64,000 nucleotides of DNA from Nitrospirota bacterium (GTDB lineage Bacteria > Nitrospirota > UBA9217). Shown piece by piece: positions 41,384-51,782 of the stretch. Under the pieces are notes generated by a model. It was not told the origin of the DNA. It searched no databases and saw nothing but the letters and a program-made list of their open reading frames with translations. Location: the NCBI GenBank assembly GCA_963751455.1, contig CAVVUN010000015.1, positions 32,001-96,000 on the forward strand, in the 5' to 3' direction. Every line of letters starts with the position of its first letter. The stretch's first letter is position 1. Made by a program: the position numbers and the translations under genes.

Positions 41384-41646
41384 AAATTTTATCTGAAAGT
41401 GCTCCCTGCAGCTGCTGGCCGGGAGCACTCTTTTTTCGCCTCTCCCGCTGCTGCATCATGTCTTCTTTCGAACCGCCAAAGTAATATCAACCTCTTCCAT
41501 GCAGGCCCCCGGCGCCTTTGGTCGGATGATGTTACCCGCAGCATCCGATCGTCAGCCATGAAGGAGAAGGTAGCACGAAGCTCCTCCCTTATTTGACAAT
41601 TTTTTCGGATCGATTGATAATTGCTTTATAAGAAGGAGGTGCTTAT

Positions 41647-41880
41647 ATGCCGAAGCAAGAGAAAAAAAGCGAATCAGGGAAGCCCTCGGTAACAAGCATT
41701 ATGAAACATTTTCAGGGCATTGATTTCCCCGCAAGCAAACAGGATTTGATAAAGCACGCAGAAAAGAAGGGTGTAGACGATGCGGTCATGAACTTGCTTA
41801 ACGAAATGGCAGACCGCGAGTATAACAGCATTACCGATGTGATGAAAGAATACGGAAAAAAATACGAAAAAGCCGCATAA
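41647..41880 (+). CDS. DUF2795-like small protein
   Basis: GIDFPASKQDLI, DREYNS; GGAGG RBS; TTGACA-17-GATAAT upstream. Confidence 0.8.
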   Translation: MPKQEKKSESGKPSVTSIMKHFQGIDFPASKQDLIKHAEKKGVDDAVMNLLNEMADREYNSITDVMKEYGKKYEKAA

Positions 41881-41888
41881 TAAAACGG

Positions 41889-41918
41889 AAAAAAGCCCCG
41901 GACGATTCGGGGCTTTTT
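41889..41918. terminator. Bidirectional intrinsic terminator
   Basis: AAAAAGCCCCG/CGGGGCTTTTT. Confidence 0.75.
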
Positions 41919-41953
41919 GTATATAGACGACGGAAACCGCAGCTTCGAACCTG

Positions 41954-42634
41954 TTATGTTTTTCCGCCCATCTTGACCATTTCAAGAGCATTGCATGCGA
42001 TAAGGACGTACCCTTCCGGTTCTTTAATAATTCCTTTCGTTGAGAGCAGCTTCATGCATTTCGAAACCGCCTCCCGGGAGGAGCCGATGCGGGCGGCAAG
42101 TTCCTTGTGCGTAACTTTTTCTGCTTTTAAATATCCCTTAACGGAAGGGTCCGCTTTTGCAGCATCCAGGAGCGACCGTATCAGCCTCTCGCCGACCTCA
42201 AGGAACGCAAGTGATTCTATCATGTCGTCGGCTTTTCTCAGTCGCTCCACGAGGGTCGCCATGAGCTCCACCGCAATCTTGGGTTCCTTGTACAAAAGCT
42301 CAAGGAAAACATCTTTGTGTAAAATGGACAGCTCCGTGTCCCCGTCCGCTATGATGGTCGCCGATCTCCCTTTACCGTCCAGAAGGCTGAGTTCTCCGAA
42401 GAAAGCGCCTTTTTCAAAATGGGCCAGCACAATCTCATCCCCTTCATCATCCTCAAGCACTGCCTTCAATGTTCCGGAATTTACGATATAAAGATCGGTG
42501 CTCAAGTCCGTTCTATGGAAGATAACGTCTCCCTTTTTGTAACGGCCGGTCCTGCAACGGGACGCGATTTCCTTTAGTTGCGCGCTCTTGAGCTGATCGA
42601 AAAGAGGAATGTTCTTTAGATATGAGATAAGCAT
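41954..42634 (-). CDS. Crp/Fnr family transcriptional regulator
   Basis: FFGELSL..RSAT cNMP-binding motif; THKELAARIGSSREAVS HTH. Confidence 0.92.
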   Translation of the reverse strand: MLISYLKNIPLFDQLKSAQLKEIASRCRTGRYKKGDVIFHRTDLSTDLYIVNSGTLKAVLEDDEGDEIVLAHFEKGAFFGELSLLDGKGRSATIIADGDTELSILHKDVFLELLYKEPKIAVELMATLVERLRKADDMIESLAFLEVGERLIRSLLDAAKADPSVKGYLKAEKVTHKELAARIGSSREAVSKCMKLLSTKGIIKEPEGYVLIACNALEMVKMGGKT

Positions 42635-42883
42635 GGATTTTCGGAGTATGAAATTGCTTGTTTCTCTATATGCAGCGAACCTTGTCCCGCTCGTTCGGGG
42701 CAACTACGACCAATTTTCCCGTCATTATTTCTATGGGCACTTAGGGAACGGCCCTAGGATAGCATCACCATGTACTAAAAGCAAGGAGTTTTGAACAATT
42801 ATTAGGGAAACAGGTGCGTTTTTCGACTGCGGCTTGCTATCCGGGTCTCATGCGGAACGAGAAATATGTGCCCTAAAAACGCC

Positions 42884-44488
42884 TTACCCTTGTGCGTTCT
42901 GCATTTCTCTCTTGAACTCGGAATTGAAATGAAACTTGATTTCGGGATTTGCTTCGATCATATTCCGGAGCACCCAATCCGACTCAGCCAGAAAGACGAT
43001 ATTGCCGTCCTTGTCCGTTGCGATGCGGTCCGATTTGAACCGGCAGAATTTTTCCATTTCAAGTTTGTCATCGGCAGTGATCCAGCACGCCTTGAAGACC
43101 TTCATTTCCTGGAAGCGGCATTTTGCGCCGTACTCATGTTCCAGCCGGTACTGAAGCACGTCGAACTGCAGCTGCCCGACCGTTCCTACTATCCTGCGGT
43201 TTCCCTGCTGCTGCGTAAACAGCTGTGCAACGCCTTCGTCCGTAAGCTGTTCGATGCCCTTCGCGAGCTGCTTCGATTTCGACGGGTCCAGGTTAACCAG
43301 TTCCTTGAACACCTCGGGTGAAAAAGTCGGCATTCCCTGGAACATCAGTTTCTCGCCTTCAGTCAGCGTATCGCCGATTTTGAAGTTTCCGGTATCGTAC
43401 AGGCCGATCACATCGCCGGGAAAGGCCTCATCAACAATGCTTTTTCTGGCCCCCAGGAAACTTGCGGGGCTGGTGAAGCGGATGTTCTTACCCGTGCGGA
43501 CATGGTGGAACATTTTGTTCCGTTCGAACCTGCCGGAGCAGACGCGAATAAAGGCTATTCGGTCCCGGTGGCGGGGGTCGAGGTTTGCGTGGATCTTGAA
43601 CACGAATCCCGTGAAATCCTTTTCGTCGGCGCTGACAACACGCCTGTCTGTTGGCCTGCCGCCCGGAATCGGAGCGATCTCCGTGAAGGTTTCGAGCAGC
43701 TCTTTTACGCCGAAGTTGTTGATGGCGCTGCCGAAGAACACCGGCGCAAGCTCGCCGCGGAGATATGCCTTGACATCAAAGGGGTCATGGGTGCCTGAAA
43801 TCAATGCCACGTCTTCCTTGAGCTGTGCGGCGTAATCACCGAGCTGCTGGTCGAGCACCGGGTCGTCAAGGCCCCTGATTGCGAGCACGTCGTCCGAAAC
43901 AGTCACGCCTCCCGGACGGAAGAGATAAAGACTGTTGTTGTAGAGGTTGTAGACACCTTTGAAGGAGGTGCCCATGCTGATCGGCCAGGACAGGGGCTGA
44001 ACCTTGATCGCGAGTTTGGTTTCAAGCTCGTCCAGGAGCTCAAAGGGATTTTTGCCCTCACGGTCGAGCTTGTTGACGAAGATGATGACCGGTGTATTTC
44101 GCATCCTGCAGACCTGCATCAGTTTCTCTGTCTGCTCTTCGACCCCTTTTACGCAGTCGACGACAAGAATGACGCTGTCGACGGCAGTAAGCGTTCGATA
44201 GGTGTCCTCGGCAAAGTCCTTGTGCCCGGGCGTGTCCAGGAGGTTGATCTTGAGGCCGTTGTAATCGAAGCCCATGACAGAGGTGGCAACGGAAATGCCG
44301 CGCTGGCGCTCTATATCCATAAAATCGGAAGCAGTGCTTTTTCTGATCTTGTTCGACTTGACCGCGCCGGCCACCTGGATGGCGCCGCCAAAGAGGAGGA
44401 ACTTTTCGGTCAGGGTCGTCTTGCCCGCGTCCGGGTGGCTGATGATCGCAAAGGTCCGCCGTTTCTGTATTTCGTCACTGTAGTCCAT
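42884..44488 (-). CDS. prfC: Peptide chain release factor 3
   Basis: [32 protein letters not shown]. Confidence 0.96.
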   Translation of the reverse strand: MDYSDEIQKRRTFAIISHPDAGKTTLTEKFLLFGGAIQVAGAVKSNKIRKSTASDFMDIERQRGISVATSVMGFDYNGLKINLLDTPGHKDFAEDTYRTLTAVDSVILVVDCVKGVEEQTEKLMQVCRMRNTPVIIFVNKLDREGKNPFELLDELETKLAIKVQPLSWPISMGTSFKGVYNLYNNSLYLFRPGGVTVSDDVLAIRGLDDPVLDQQLGDYAAQLKEDVALISGTHDPFDVKAYLRGELAPVFFGSAINNFGVKELLETFTEIAPIPGGRPTDRRVVSADEKDFTGFVFKIHANLDPRHRDRIAFIRVCSGRFERNKMFHHVRTGKNIRFTSPASFLGARKSIVDEAFPGDVIGLYDTGNFKIGDTLTEGEKLMFQGMPTFSPEVFKELVNLDPSKSKQLAKGIEQLTDEGVAQLFTQQQGNRRIVGTVGQLQFDVLQYRLEHEYGAKCRFQEMKVFKACWITADDKLEMEKFCRFKSDRIATDKDGNIVFLAESDWVLRNMIEANPEIKFHFNSEFKREMQNAQG

Positions 44489-44597
44489 AATCAGATCGTC
44501 CTTAAACAAGCCTCATAAATTAACAAGTGAAGGCAGAAATGTCAAGGTTTTTCGGGCTGGGAGAATCTGCCTTGGAAAAATCGGGCAGCGGGATTCT

Positions 44598-45368
44598 CTA
44601 CGCATTGAACACTCTGCTGATCTCGTCGTGAGCGCGCACGGCGAGTTCCTTTCTTGACGCCTGCTCGCCAGGCTCGATAATCTTCAGCGCGGTTGCCTCG
44701 ACTCTAACGGATTTCAAAGACAGAAACTTCGGAAAATGTTTCAGGAAGCTTATTCCGCCATAATAAAAAATCGCGCTACTGTTGCGGCCTGAAACCGGCT
44801 CGCCGTTTACTGCGGTATATCGCAGGCAGAGAGGTAAAATATCGGCTTTTGCAGAGATAGCGGCATCGAACAGCGAATTCTTAAAAGGCCGCACCCCGGT
44901 CCCATCGGAGGTCGTACCTTCGGGAAAAAGCGCGACCGTAAATCCGTCTTCAAGAACGCGGGATATTTCAGAGATTTCGTTTTTCAGGCCTGACGGCTTT
45001 CTCCGTTCGATGAAAAGGCTGCCGCCGAACCGGGCGAGCGTTCCGAGCAGCGCCGTCTGCTTCAGCTCGATTGATGTAATGAAGACCGACGGCATGAGCG
45101 AAGCGATGACGAGCACGTCTACGTATGATAGATGGTTAGCGACGATAAGACGCGGTTTGCGGTTCGTCTCCAGGCGGGGTCCCTGCTTCAACTCCACCCG
45201 CACGCCGAATAAAGCGAGCGCAACTTTGCAGAAGAAAGAAGTGTTTCGCGTTCGCATCTTTCTCCGAAAGGCGCTGCCTGCGGGCAGAACCGTGATTACG
45301 GTCGAAGCAAAAATATAGCAGAGGAGAATAAAGACAATGCCGGCCTTCTTGATAAATTTTGTCGCCAT
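44598..45368 (-). CDS. Lysophospholipid acyltransferase family protein
   Basis: NHLSYVD and FPEGT motifs. Confidence 0.9.
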   Translation of the reverse strand: MATKFIKKAGIVFILLCYIFASTVITVLPAGSAFRRKMRTRNTSFFCKVALALFGVRVELKQGPRLETNRKPRLIVANHLSYVDVLVIASLMPSVFITSIELKQTALLGTLARFGGSLFIERRKPSGLKNEISEISRVLEDGFTVALFPEGTTSDGTGVRPFKNSLFDAAISAKADILPLCLRYTAVNGEPVSGRNSSAIFYYGGISFLKHFPKFLSLKSVRVEATALKIIEPGEQASRKELAVRAHDEISRVFNA

Positions 45369-45608
45369 TGTTTGCGGTTTTCACGACCTCCACGGTTGCA
45401 TCATGATTTCCAGCAATGATTATCTCACAGTGACTGTCTTATTTCAATCGGAACGGCCGGTTACTTCTTCTCTTTCCGGACAGCACGCATGCGTTCTGAA
45501 CTCAGATGACGTATGAAATCAACGGGGTTTACAGAAAAGTGAACAAAGGCTATACTTGAATTAGGAACACAAGCGAAAGTAACACGATACGAGGAGGCAT
45601 TTAGGAGT

Positions 45609-45914
45609 ATGATTGTTGAATTCAGCATCGTTCCTGTCGGTACGGGTGTAAGCGTAAGCCCGCAGGTAGCGCGGGTCCTTAAAATTGTAGTGGAAAGCGG
45701 TGTTCCTTACAAGGCGAACCCCATGGGGACCGTTCTGGAAGGCGAGTGGGAGACGGTTATGAAGATTATCCAAAAATGCCATGCCGAAGTAATGAAGGAC
45801 GCGGACCGGGCGATTACGTCGATAAAGATCGATGACCGCAAAGGAAAAAAAGAGTGGATGGAAGGGAAAATAGTTTCTGTAGAGCAGAAACTCGGGATGA
45901 AGCTTAACAAATGA
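45609..45914 (+). CDS. MTH1187/YkoF-like thiamine-binding protein
   Basis: FSIVPVG, PMGTVLEG, IKIDDR. Confidence 0.88.
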   Translation: MIVEFSIVPVGTGVSVSPQVARVLKIVVESGVPYKANPMGTVLEGEWETVMKIIQKCHAEVMKDADRAITSIKIDDRKGKKEWMEGKIVSVEQKLGMKLNK

Positions 45915-45930
45915 ACTAAAGGAGAGGCTG

Positions 45931-46152
45931 ATGGCCAATAAACTGGAAAGTGAACTCAGGGAGCGGGTGAAGATCCAGGAGAAGGCGCTTCAGAATCTCG
46001 CGGACACCCTGAGAAAGCGGGAAGTTATGCTCGATGATAAGATGCAGGACGTACTCGAAGAGCTTAAGGCCCTCAAAATGTTTCTCGCCAGAAGCGACCC
46101 GGATTTCAAAAAAGAATTTCCGGAGATTCGGAAAAAAGTGAAGGCTGCATGA
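45931..46152 (+). CDS. Small coiled-coil hypothetical protein
   Basis: AGGAG RBS, heptad-like charged sequence, operon-like spacing. Confidence 0.65.
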   Translation: MANKLESELRERVKIQEKALQNLADTLRKREVMLDDKMQDVLEELKALKMFLARSDPDFKKEFPEIRKKVKAA

Positions 46153-46253
46153 TTACGATGTTTAATCCAAGGTCCTGTCGCAACTATTCCGCCTGTCATA
46201 ACAATATCCGAGAATAAAAAACCTCGGCGCTTCATTATTTTAAATCGAGGAGG

Positions 46254-46784
46254 ATGATTATGAAGATGGCAGCAAAAGGATCAAGGGGCTACAAACTGTC
46301 ATACAAAAAAAAGAGCGCTACAACCGACCCGTATCTCCCCAGAGGGGCAAGCCGGAAGATTACCGTATGCGGATCCTGTCATGCCGTTTACACCAACAAA
46401 CGGTGGAGTTTTGATTCCAATCTGTACGAGAATTCCGTCAAGGACCCGGCTACAACAGTCTCATTGTGCCCGGCAGATCAGAAGATCCGTGACGATTTCC
46501 CCGGCGGGCTCGTAACGGTCAAGGGAGGATTTTTCGTTGAGCACAGGAACGACTTGTTGAACCTAATTAAGAACGAGGAAGAGCGTGCTCAGGGATTTAA
46601 TCCGCTCGAACGCGTGATGTATGTGAGAGAGAACGGATCGGGTACAATCGTCATCGCGACTACGAACGAGAAAATGGCACAGCGGCTCGGAAGGGCGATC
46701 AAAAAGGCGTTTCACGGCGAGGTAACGTACAACTGGTCGCATGACACGAAACTGGTCAGAGTGGAGTGCGAGATGGCGGCGTAG
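46254..46784 (+). CDS. BCAM0308-like conserved protein
   Basis: DPY, VCxxCHAVY...RW, LCPAD.KI.D.FP.G, NPLERVM, AQRLGRA. Confidence 0.75.
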   Translation: MIMKMAAKGSRGYKLSYKKKSATTDPYLPRGASRKITVCGSCHAVYTNKRWSFDSNLYENSVKDPATTVSLCPADQKIRDDFPGGLVTVKGGFFVEHRNDLLNLIKNEEERAQGFNPLERVMYVRENGSGTIVIATTNEKMAQRLGRAIKKAFHGEVTYNWSHDTKLVRVECEMAA

Positions 46785-46807
46785 AGGCGATTCAAAGAGG
46801 CAAAGAG

Positions 46808-46842
46808 GAAAGGGCTGATTTCGAAAGGAGTCGGCCTTTTTT
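46808..46842 (+). terminator. Intrinsic terminator
   Basis: AAGGGCTGATTTC-GAAA-GGAGTCGGCCTT + T-tract. Confidence 0.65.
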
Positions 46843-46858
46843 GTTGTAGATTAGAGTT

Positions 46859-46977
46859 GGACAAAAATCAGGACAAAAACATGGACAAAAATTGAGACAA
46901 ATTATTCTGCATAATAAAAATAAATATATTATTTCAATAAGTTATAGGACATCAAATAAGGACAAAAATCAAGACAT
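46859..46977. repeat. 12-bp-period GGACAAAAA direct repeats flanking an IHF-like site
   Basis: Units at 46859, 46871, 46883, 46895 and 46947, 46960, 46972; TTTCAATAAGTTA at 46932-46944. Confidence 0.7.
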
Positions 46978-47129
46978 TTAGGCTGCTATTTCTCAGTCAT
47001 ATGTGGATCTATCGCACATTTATTCGAAAATTTGAGTTAAAAACGGTAATAATTGTAATTAAGCTTTTGGCTTTTTGCACAAATTACGCAATAATTAACT
47101 TATAATTTAAAATTTATGGGGGTTTAACT

Positions 47130-48250
47130 ATGCTGATTGAATTCAGCGTAACAAATTACCGGTCCATACGCGAGAAACAAACGCTCAGCATGGCCGCCAG
47201 CAAATATTATGGCGAGCTGAAAGACCAGAATTGTTTTGACAGCGGCATTCCTGGCTTGCCTCAGCTTGTGCGGTCAGCAGTAATCTACGGCCCAAATGCG
47301 TCGGGCAAAAGTAATCTCCTTGTAGCGCTCTCGTTGATGCAGGATATGGTTCGGTCGTCGGCAAAAGAGATCCAGGCAGGCGAAAAACTTGACATCTATT
47401 CTTTTCAGCTTGACCGGGCAAGCAAGGACAAAGAGAGTGAGTTTGATCGTTGCGGCCGCCGTCCGGGATAGGCAATCAGCCATTCGCGCATCACCCGGGA
47501 TCTGTTGACGGCAAAACCGTACCGATAGCGGACCTCGCCTTCAATAGCGAACAGCTGATGCCGGTGTTCAACTGGTTCCAGAAACGTCTTCGCGTACTGT
47601 CGCCGAACTTCACCCTTGATCCCGGATACACAGCGAGCGCCTGCGAAACCGAAAAGGGAAAAAACAAAGTGATTAAATTTCTGAGCGCTGCAGACTTAAG
47701 CATCGCCGATATTCGCATTGTCAAAAGAAAATTTACACCCGACGAACTGCCAAAAGACTTGCCTGCGGAGCTCAAGGAACATCTGCGCAAAGAGATGGAG
47801 GGCAAAGAGGTAAGAGATATAAAATTCATGCATAAGAACACAGAAACAGGGGAACTTGTTCCCTTCGATCCCCGAGACGAATCGGACGGCACAAAGAACC
47901 TGTTCGCCTTCGCCGGCCCCTGGCTCGATGTGATAGGCCATGATAAGGTGCTTTTCGTCGATGAGATCGATTCCAGCCTGCACCCGCTAATCGTGCACGA
48001 GCTCGTACGCCTCATGCATCAGTCCGGCGGCAAGGCACAACTCGTATTCACCACCCATGATACAACGATCCTGAGCCAAAATATCATGCGCCGGGACCAG
48101 GTATGGTTCATCGAAAAGAATGATGCACAGGCTTCGAGACTGTATCCATTATCCGATTTCAAGGCCCGGGAGAAGGAGGCACTGGAGCGAGGATATCTAC
48201 GCGGACGTTACGGGGCCATACCGTTTATCCAAGAGACGCTCAAGTTATGA
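47130..48250 (+). pseudogene. AAA_21/RloA-like ATPase disrupted by an internal inversion plus deletion
   Basis: NYRSI, GPNASGKS, ESDGT, VDEIDSSLHP, QLVFTTH, RRDQVWF, GRYGAIP; segment 47447-47536 is in reverse orientation. Confidence 0.85.
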
Positions 48251-48425
48251 GAAAGCAACAGAAACGGATAACGGCCTCGCTGGAACGATTAAGGGCATTT
48301 CGGAAAATAGCAATTTCCAAGTTGAAGCTCGGCGATCCCTCGTTCATCCCAAAATGTTCATATTCGGGGCTGTAAAATACTGTTAACCTTTTGGGTTATT
48401 ATTTTATTGACATTATGGATGTTCC

Positions 48426-48764
48426 ATGTTAATGTCTTTCAAGAGCGAGAAGTTCGAAAAAGAATGTAATGACTTGAAGCTCCTCACGCGAGTGTGGGGG
48501 GCTGAGCAGGCCCGGCTGATCGCCCGCCGGCTGACGGAGTTTGCCGCGGCGGAGAATCTCGAAACCATGCGGACCTTGCCGCAGGCGCGCGCGCACGAAT
48601 TAAAGGGAAACCGCGAAGAGCAAATATCGCTCGACGTGAAGCACCCGTACCGTTTGATCGCCATCCCCGACTACGACACGCCGCCGCGCAGGAAAGACGG
48701 CGGTCTTGACTGGCAAAAAATAACAAAAATAAAAATACTGGAAGTGACGGACACTCATGAGTAA
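48426..48764 (+). CDS. HigB/RelE-like toxin (killer protein)
   Basis: RAHELKGNR..QISLDVKHPYRL; overlaps the downstream HigA-like gene. Confidence 0.85.
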   Translation: MLMSFKSEKFEKECNDLKLLTRVWGAEQARLIARRLTEFAAAENLETMRTLPQARAHELKGNREEQISLDVKHPYRLIAIPDYDTPPRRKDGGLDWQKITKIKILEVTDTHE

Positions 48765-49848
48765 GAAAAACCAGAGTGCATTCAAGCCTAATTACGCCAT
48801 CGCGCCGGGAGAGACTCTGCGGGAAACCCTGGAAACGCTTGGCATGAGTCAGACGGAATTTGCCGACCGGACCGGCAGGCCGAAAAAAACCATCAACGAA
48901 ATCATGACGGGCAAGGCGGCCATCACCGCGGAGACGGCCCTTCAGTTCGAGCGGGTTCTCGGCGTTCCCGCTTCTTTCTGGAACAACCTGGAGAGGAACT
49001 ACCAGGAGGCGCGTGCCAGGTTAAAAGAAGAAGAGCGTCTTCAGACCAACGTGAAATGGTTGAAAAACTTCCCGATCGCGCACCTTGTGAAAATCGGATG
49101 GATGCCCCGGGAAGACGATCCGCTCAGGCAGCTCCAGGCCCTCCTTAACTTCTTCGGCGTCGCCGGGATCGACGAGTGGAACACTTTCTGGAAAAGTCCC
49201 GAGGCGGCATATCGAAAATCAGCGGCGTTCCAGAGCAGTCCCTATGCCACGGCTGCGTGGCTGCGAAAGGGTGAGATTCAAGCCGCGTCCATTCAGTGCA
49301 AACCGCACGATAAAACCGCATTTCAAAGCACTCTCGAAAAGATCCGCGCCATGACGACCAAACCTCCCGAAACCTTTGAGCCGGAGATGGTAAAACTCTG
49401 CGCCGAAACCGGCGTTGCGGTAACATTCGTTCCCGAGCTGCCCGGCACGCGCGTATACGGCGCAACGAGATGGATCAATCCGAACAAGGCCCTGATCCAG
49501 CTTAGCCTCCGGGGCAAGAGCGACGATCATCTCTGGTTCGCGTTCTTCCATGAAGCGGGACACATTCTGTACCATGGGAAGAAAGAGGTTTTCATCGAGG
49601 AGAAGGACAAACCCGGCAATAAGGCGGAGCAGGAAGCCGACCGTTTTGCGCAGGACTTTTTAATACCGCCGGGTGAATACAAGGCTTTTCGAAGCGGCGG
49701 CAGCTTCGATATAGCGGCTATACGGCGGTTTGCGGGCAAGATGGGCATTGCACCCGGCGTAGTCGTCGGCAGACTTCAGCACGACAAAGCCATTCATTTC
49801 AGCAAGGCCAACAGCCTTAAGACGAGCTTTCAGTTTGCGAAACGATAA
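48757..49848 (+). CDS. HigA-type HTH antitoxin fused to an ImmA/IrrE-like metallopeptidase domain
   Basis: PGETL..GMSQTEFA HTH; FFHEAGH (HExxH) and EQEADRFA. Confidence 0.88.
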   Translation: MSKKNQSAFKPNYAIAPGETLRETLETLGMSQTEFADRTGRPKKTINEIMTGKAAITAETALQFERVLGVPASFWNNLERNYQEARARLKEEERLQTNVKWLKNFPIAHLVKIGWMPREDDPLRQLQALLNFFGVAGIDEWNTFWKSPEAAYRKSAAFQSSPYATAAWLRKGEIQAASIQCKPHDKTAFQSTLEKIRAMTTKPPETFEPEMVKLCAETGVAVTFVPELPGTRVYGATRWINPNKALIQLSLRGKSDDHLWFAFFHEAGHILYHGKKEVFIEEKDKPGNKAEQEADRFAQDFLIPPGEYKAFRSGGSFDIAAIRRFAGKMGIAPGVVVGRLQHDKAIHFSKANSLKTSFQFAKR

Positions 49849-49877
49849 ACGTTGTTAACTTTACCCATAATAAAAAT

Positions 49878-50045
49878 ATGAAGAAGGCAAAATCCGCAAT
49901 AGATATTATAAGACTGCCGAAACAGGAACGAAATGCAATACCGCGAACAGCAGCGAAAAAAGCCGAAAAGGAGTATTTGGAGAATTCCGCACTGATTTCT
50001 TTCGGCGCGTTTGCAGAGGACGATCTTTATGATGGGACCAAGTAG
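49878..50045 (+). CDS. 55-aa putative antitoxin followed by a dead pemK start
   Basis: MKKAKSAIDIIRLPKQER...FAEDDLYDGTK*; paralog of the IS-split ORF at 51718/53172. Confidence 0.6.
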   Translation: MKKAKSAIDIIRLPKQERNAIPRTAAKKAEKEYLENSALISFGAFAEDDLYDGTK

Positions 50046-50183
50046 GGGGAAAGTGTAAGGGCAACTTCGCAACGGATGCAAGGCACGGTCCTAAAGGCGC
50101 TCGTGTGGACTGGGAGCGGGCGGCATAACTAGTTAAAAATGCTGACCTTTTGTAAAAGGCCGGCATTTTATATACAAATATTG

Positions 50184-50234
50184 TTTATCAATTGATAAAT
50201 TTATGTTGACAATTATATTAATAGGTATTATAAT
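50184..50234 (+). promoter_or_regulatory. Palindromic operator and consensus sigma70 promoter of the toxin-antitoxin pair
   Basis: TTTATCAATTGATAAA (50184-50199); TTGACA (50206)-17bp-TATAAT (50229). Confidence 0.8.
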
Positions 50235-50274
50235 TTACTCGAACGGTAAGATTGGAAAGGAGGTGGCGGCATGA

Positions 50275-50631
50275 ATGGATAGTATAAAACGGGCGGTAGT
50301 TGCTGCATTTTTGAAGGGATTCAAGATGTTGGCGGAAAGAGATAAAGGAATCTACACTGTAAATCGTCGGGAACACGCAGATGCCCTCGCAGAACTTGAA
50401 ATAACAGAACAAGACAGACTAAACGAAATATTGACCTTATCAATAGAAAATTATATCAGCGGCCCAGAGCCTGATAGAGACCAGCCCGGAGAGGTCTGGA
50501 AATTTGGAAAAGAAATCAACGGACACGAAGTCCATATAAAACTCAAAATAGCCGAAACCGGCGACAAAAAAATTGCGAAGTGCATATCATTTCATAAAGC
50601 CAAACATGCGCAAAAATACCCGCTTAGATGA
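50275..50631 (+). CDS. MqsR-like (RelE-fold) toxin
   Basis: GPEPD, VWKFG, HIKLKI, CISFH; upstream of an MqsA-like gene. Confidence 0.75.
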   Translation: MDSIKRAVVAAFLKGFKMLAERDKGIYTVNRREHADALAELEITEQDRLNEILTLSIENYISGPEPDRDQPGEVWKFGKEINGHEVHIKLKIAETGDKKIAKCISFHKAKHAQKYPLR

Positions 50632-50646
50632 AAAATATAGACGGGG

Positions 50647-51660
50647 GTGATAGTTATGAAGAAGAAAGATATTTGTCCGAATTGTGAAAAGATAACTGAA
50701 ATTGAATTCGTAAGAACGACGGAACCTTTTAAGGTGCGTGGCGAAGAGATCGATGTCGATGTAGAATACTACAAGTGCCTGGAATGCGGAGGAGAATTCA
50801 CTCCTCCGCATTCCGGCGCCGATCCTCTGGACACGGCATATCGGGAATATCGCAAGCGTCATAGCATGCTTCAACCTGGAGAGATTCGTGAACATCGGGA
50901 AAGGTACGGACTCACCCAGCAGGAGATGAGCAAGCTCCTCGGATGGGGACTCGCCACGCTGAGCCGCTACGAAAACGGCGCGCTCCAGGCCGACGCGCAC
51001 GAAAAGGCCCTTCGGCTCACCATGGAACCGCACAATCTCTTAAAGCTGCTTCAACAAAATCCGGATGCGATAAGCTCCGACGACAAGCGAGAGCGAATCA
51101 TCAAGGAACTCAAGATAATCGACGCGGAAAGCTGCACCTTTGAAAAGATTTATCTCGATCGATTTGGAAATTATCCTCCCGATGAATTGAGCGGCTTTAA
51201 GAAGCTTGATCTCGCCAAATTGTTCAATGCAATCCTTTTTTTCTGCAAGGATGACGGAACATTCAAGACAAGGCTCAACAAGTTTCTCTTTTATGCCGAC
51301 TTCAAGAATTATAAGGATACTAGCGTATCGATAACGGGTCTGCGTTACGTGCATTTACAACTTGGCCCGGTACCGGATAACTATGAGTACTATTTCGCTT
51401 CACTGGTTAATGAGCATGCCATTAGAATAGAAGAGGTATGCTTTACTGACCATTGCGGAGAGAAACTCATTTCTGAAAGAAAGCCGGATCTTGCAATCTT
51501 TTCTGACAGCGAATTAAAGACGCTCCTGTTTGTCAAAGAGCATTTTCAGAAAATGAGCTCTAGGGACATTAGCGAATATTCCCATAAGGAAAAAGCGTAT
51601 TCGCAAACATCGAGCGGAGATTTTATTTCGTATCAATACGCGGAGGAGCTAAGCATTTAG
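50647..51660 (+). CDS. MqsA-like antitoxin: Zn finger + HTH + SocA/Panacea (DUF4065) domain
   Basis: CPNC/CLEC, GLTQQEMSKLLGWG..LSRYENG, LNKFLFYADF, GPVP, SH. Confidence 0.85.
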   Translation: MIVMKKKDICPNCEKITEIEFVRTTEPFKVRGEEIDVDVEYYKCLECGGEFTPPHSGADPLDTAYREYRKRHSMLQPGEIREHRERYGLTQQEMSKLLGWGLATLSRYENGALQADAHEKALRLTMEPHNLLKLLQQNPDAISSDDKRERIIKELKIIDAESCTFEKIYLDRFGNYPPDELSGFKKLDLAKLFNAILFFCKDDGTFKTRLNKFLFYADFKNYKDTSVSITGLRYVHLQLGPVPDNYEYYFASLVNEHAIRIEEVCFTDHCGEKLISERKPDLAIFSDSELKTLLFVKEHFQKMSSRDISEYSHKEKAYSQTSSGDFISYQYAEELSI

Positions 51661-51782
51661 CTGCGGGAACAAGGAAAATAAGAGATTCTCGCATAGTATG
51701 GGCCTAATGAGAACAAAATGAAAAAAGCAAAATCAGCCGTAGATATCATAAAACTTCCGAAAGAGGAGCGGGCTAAAATATT

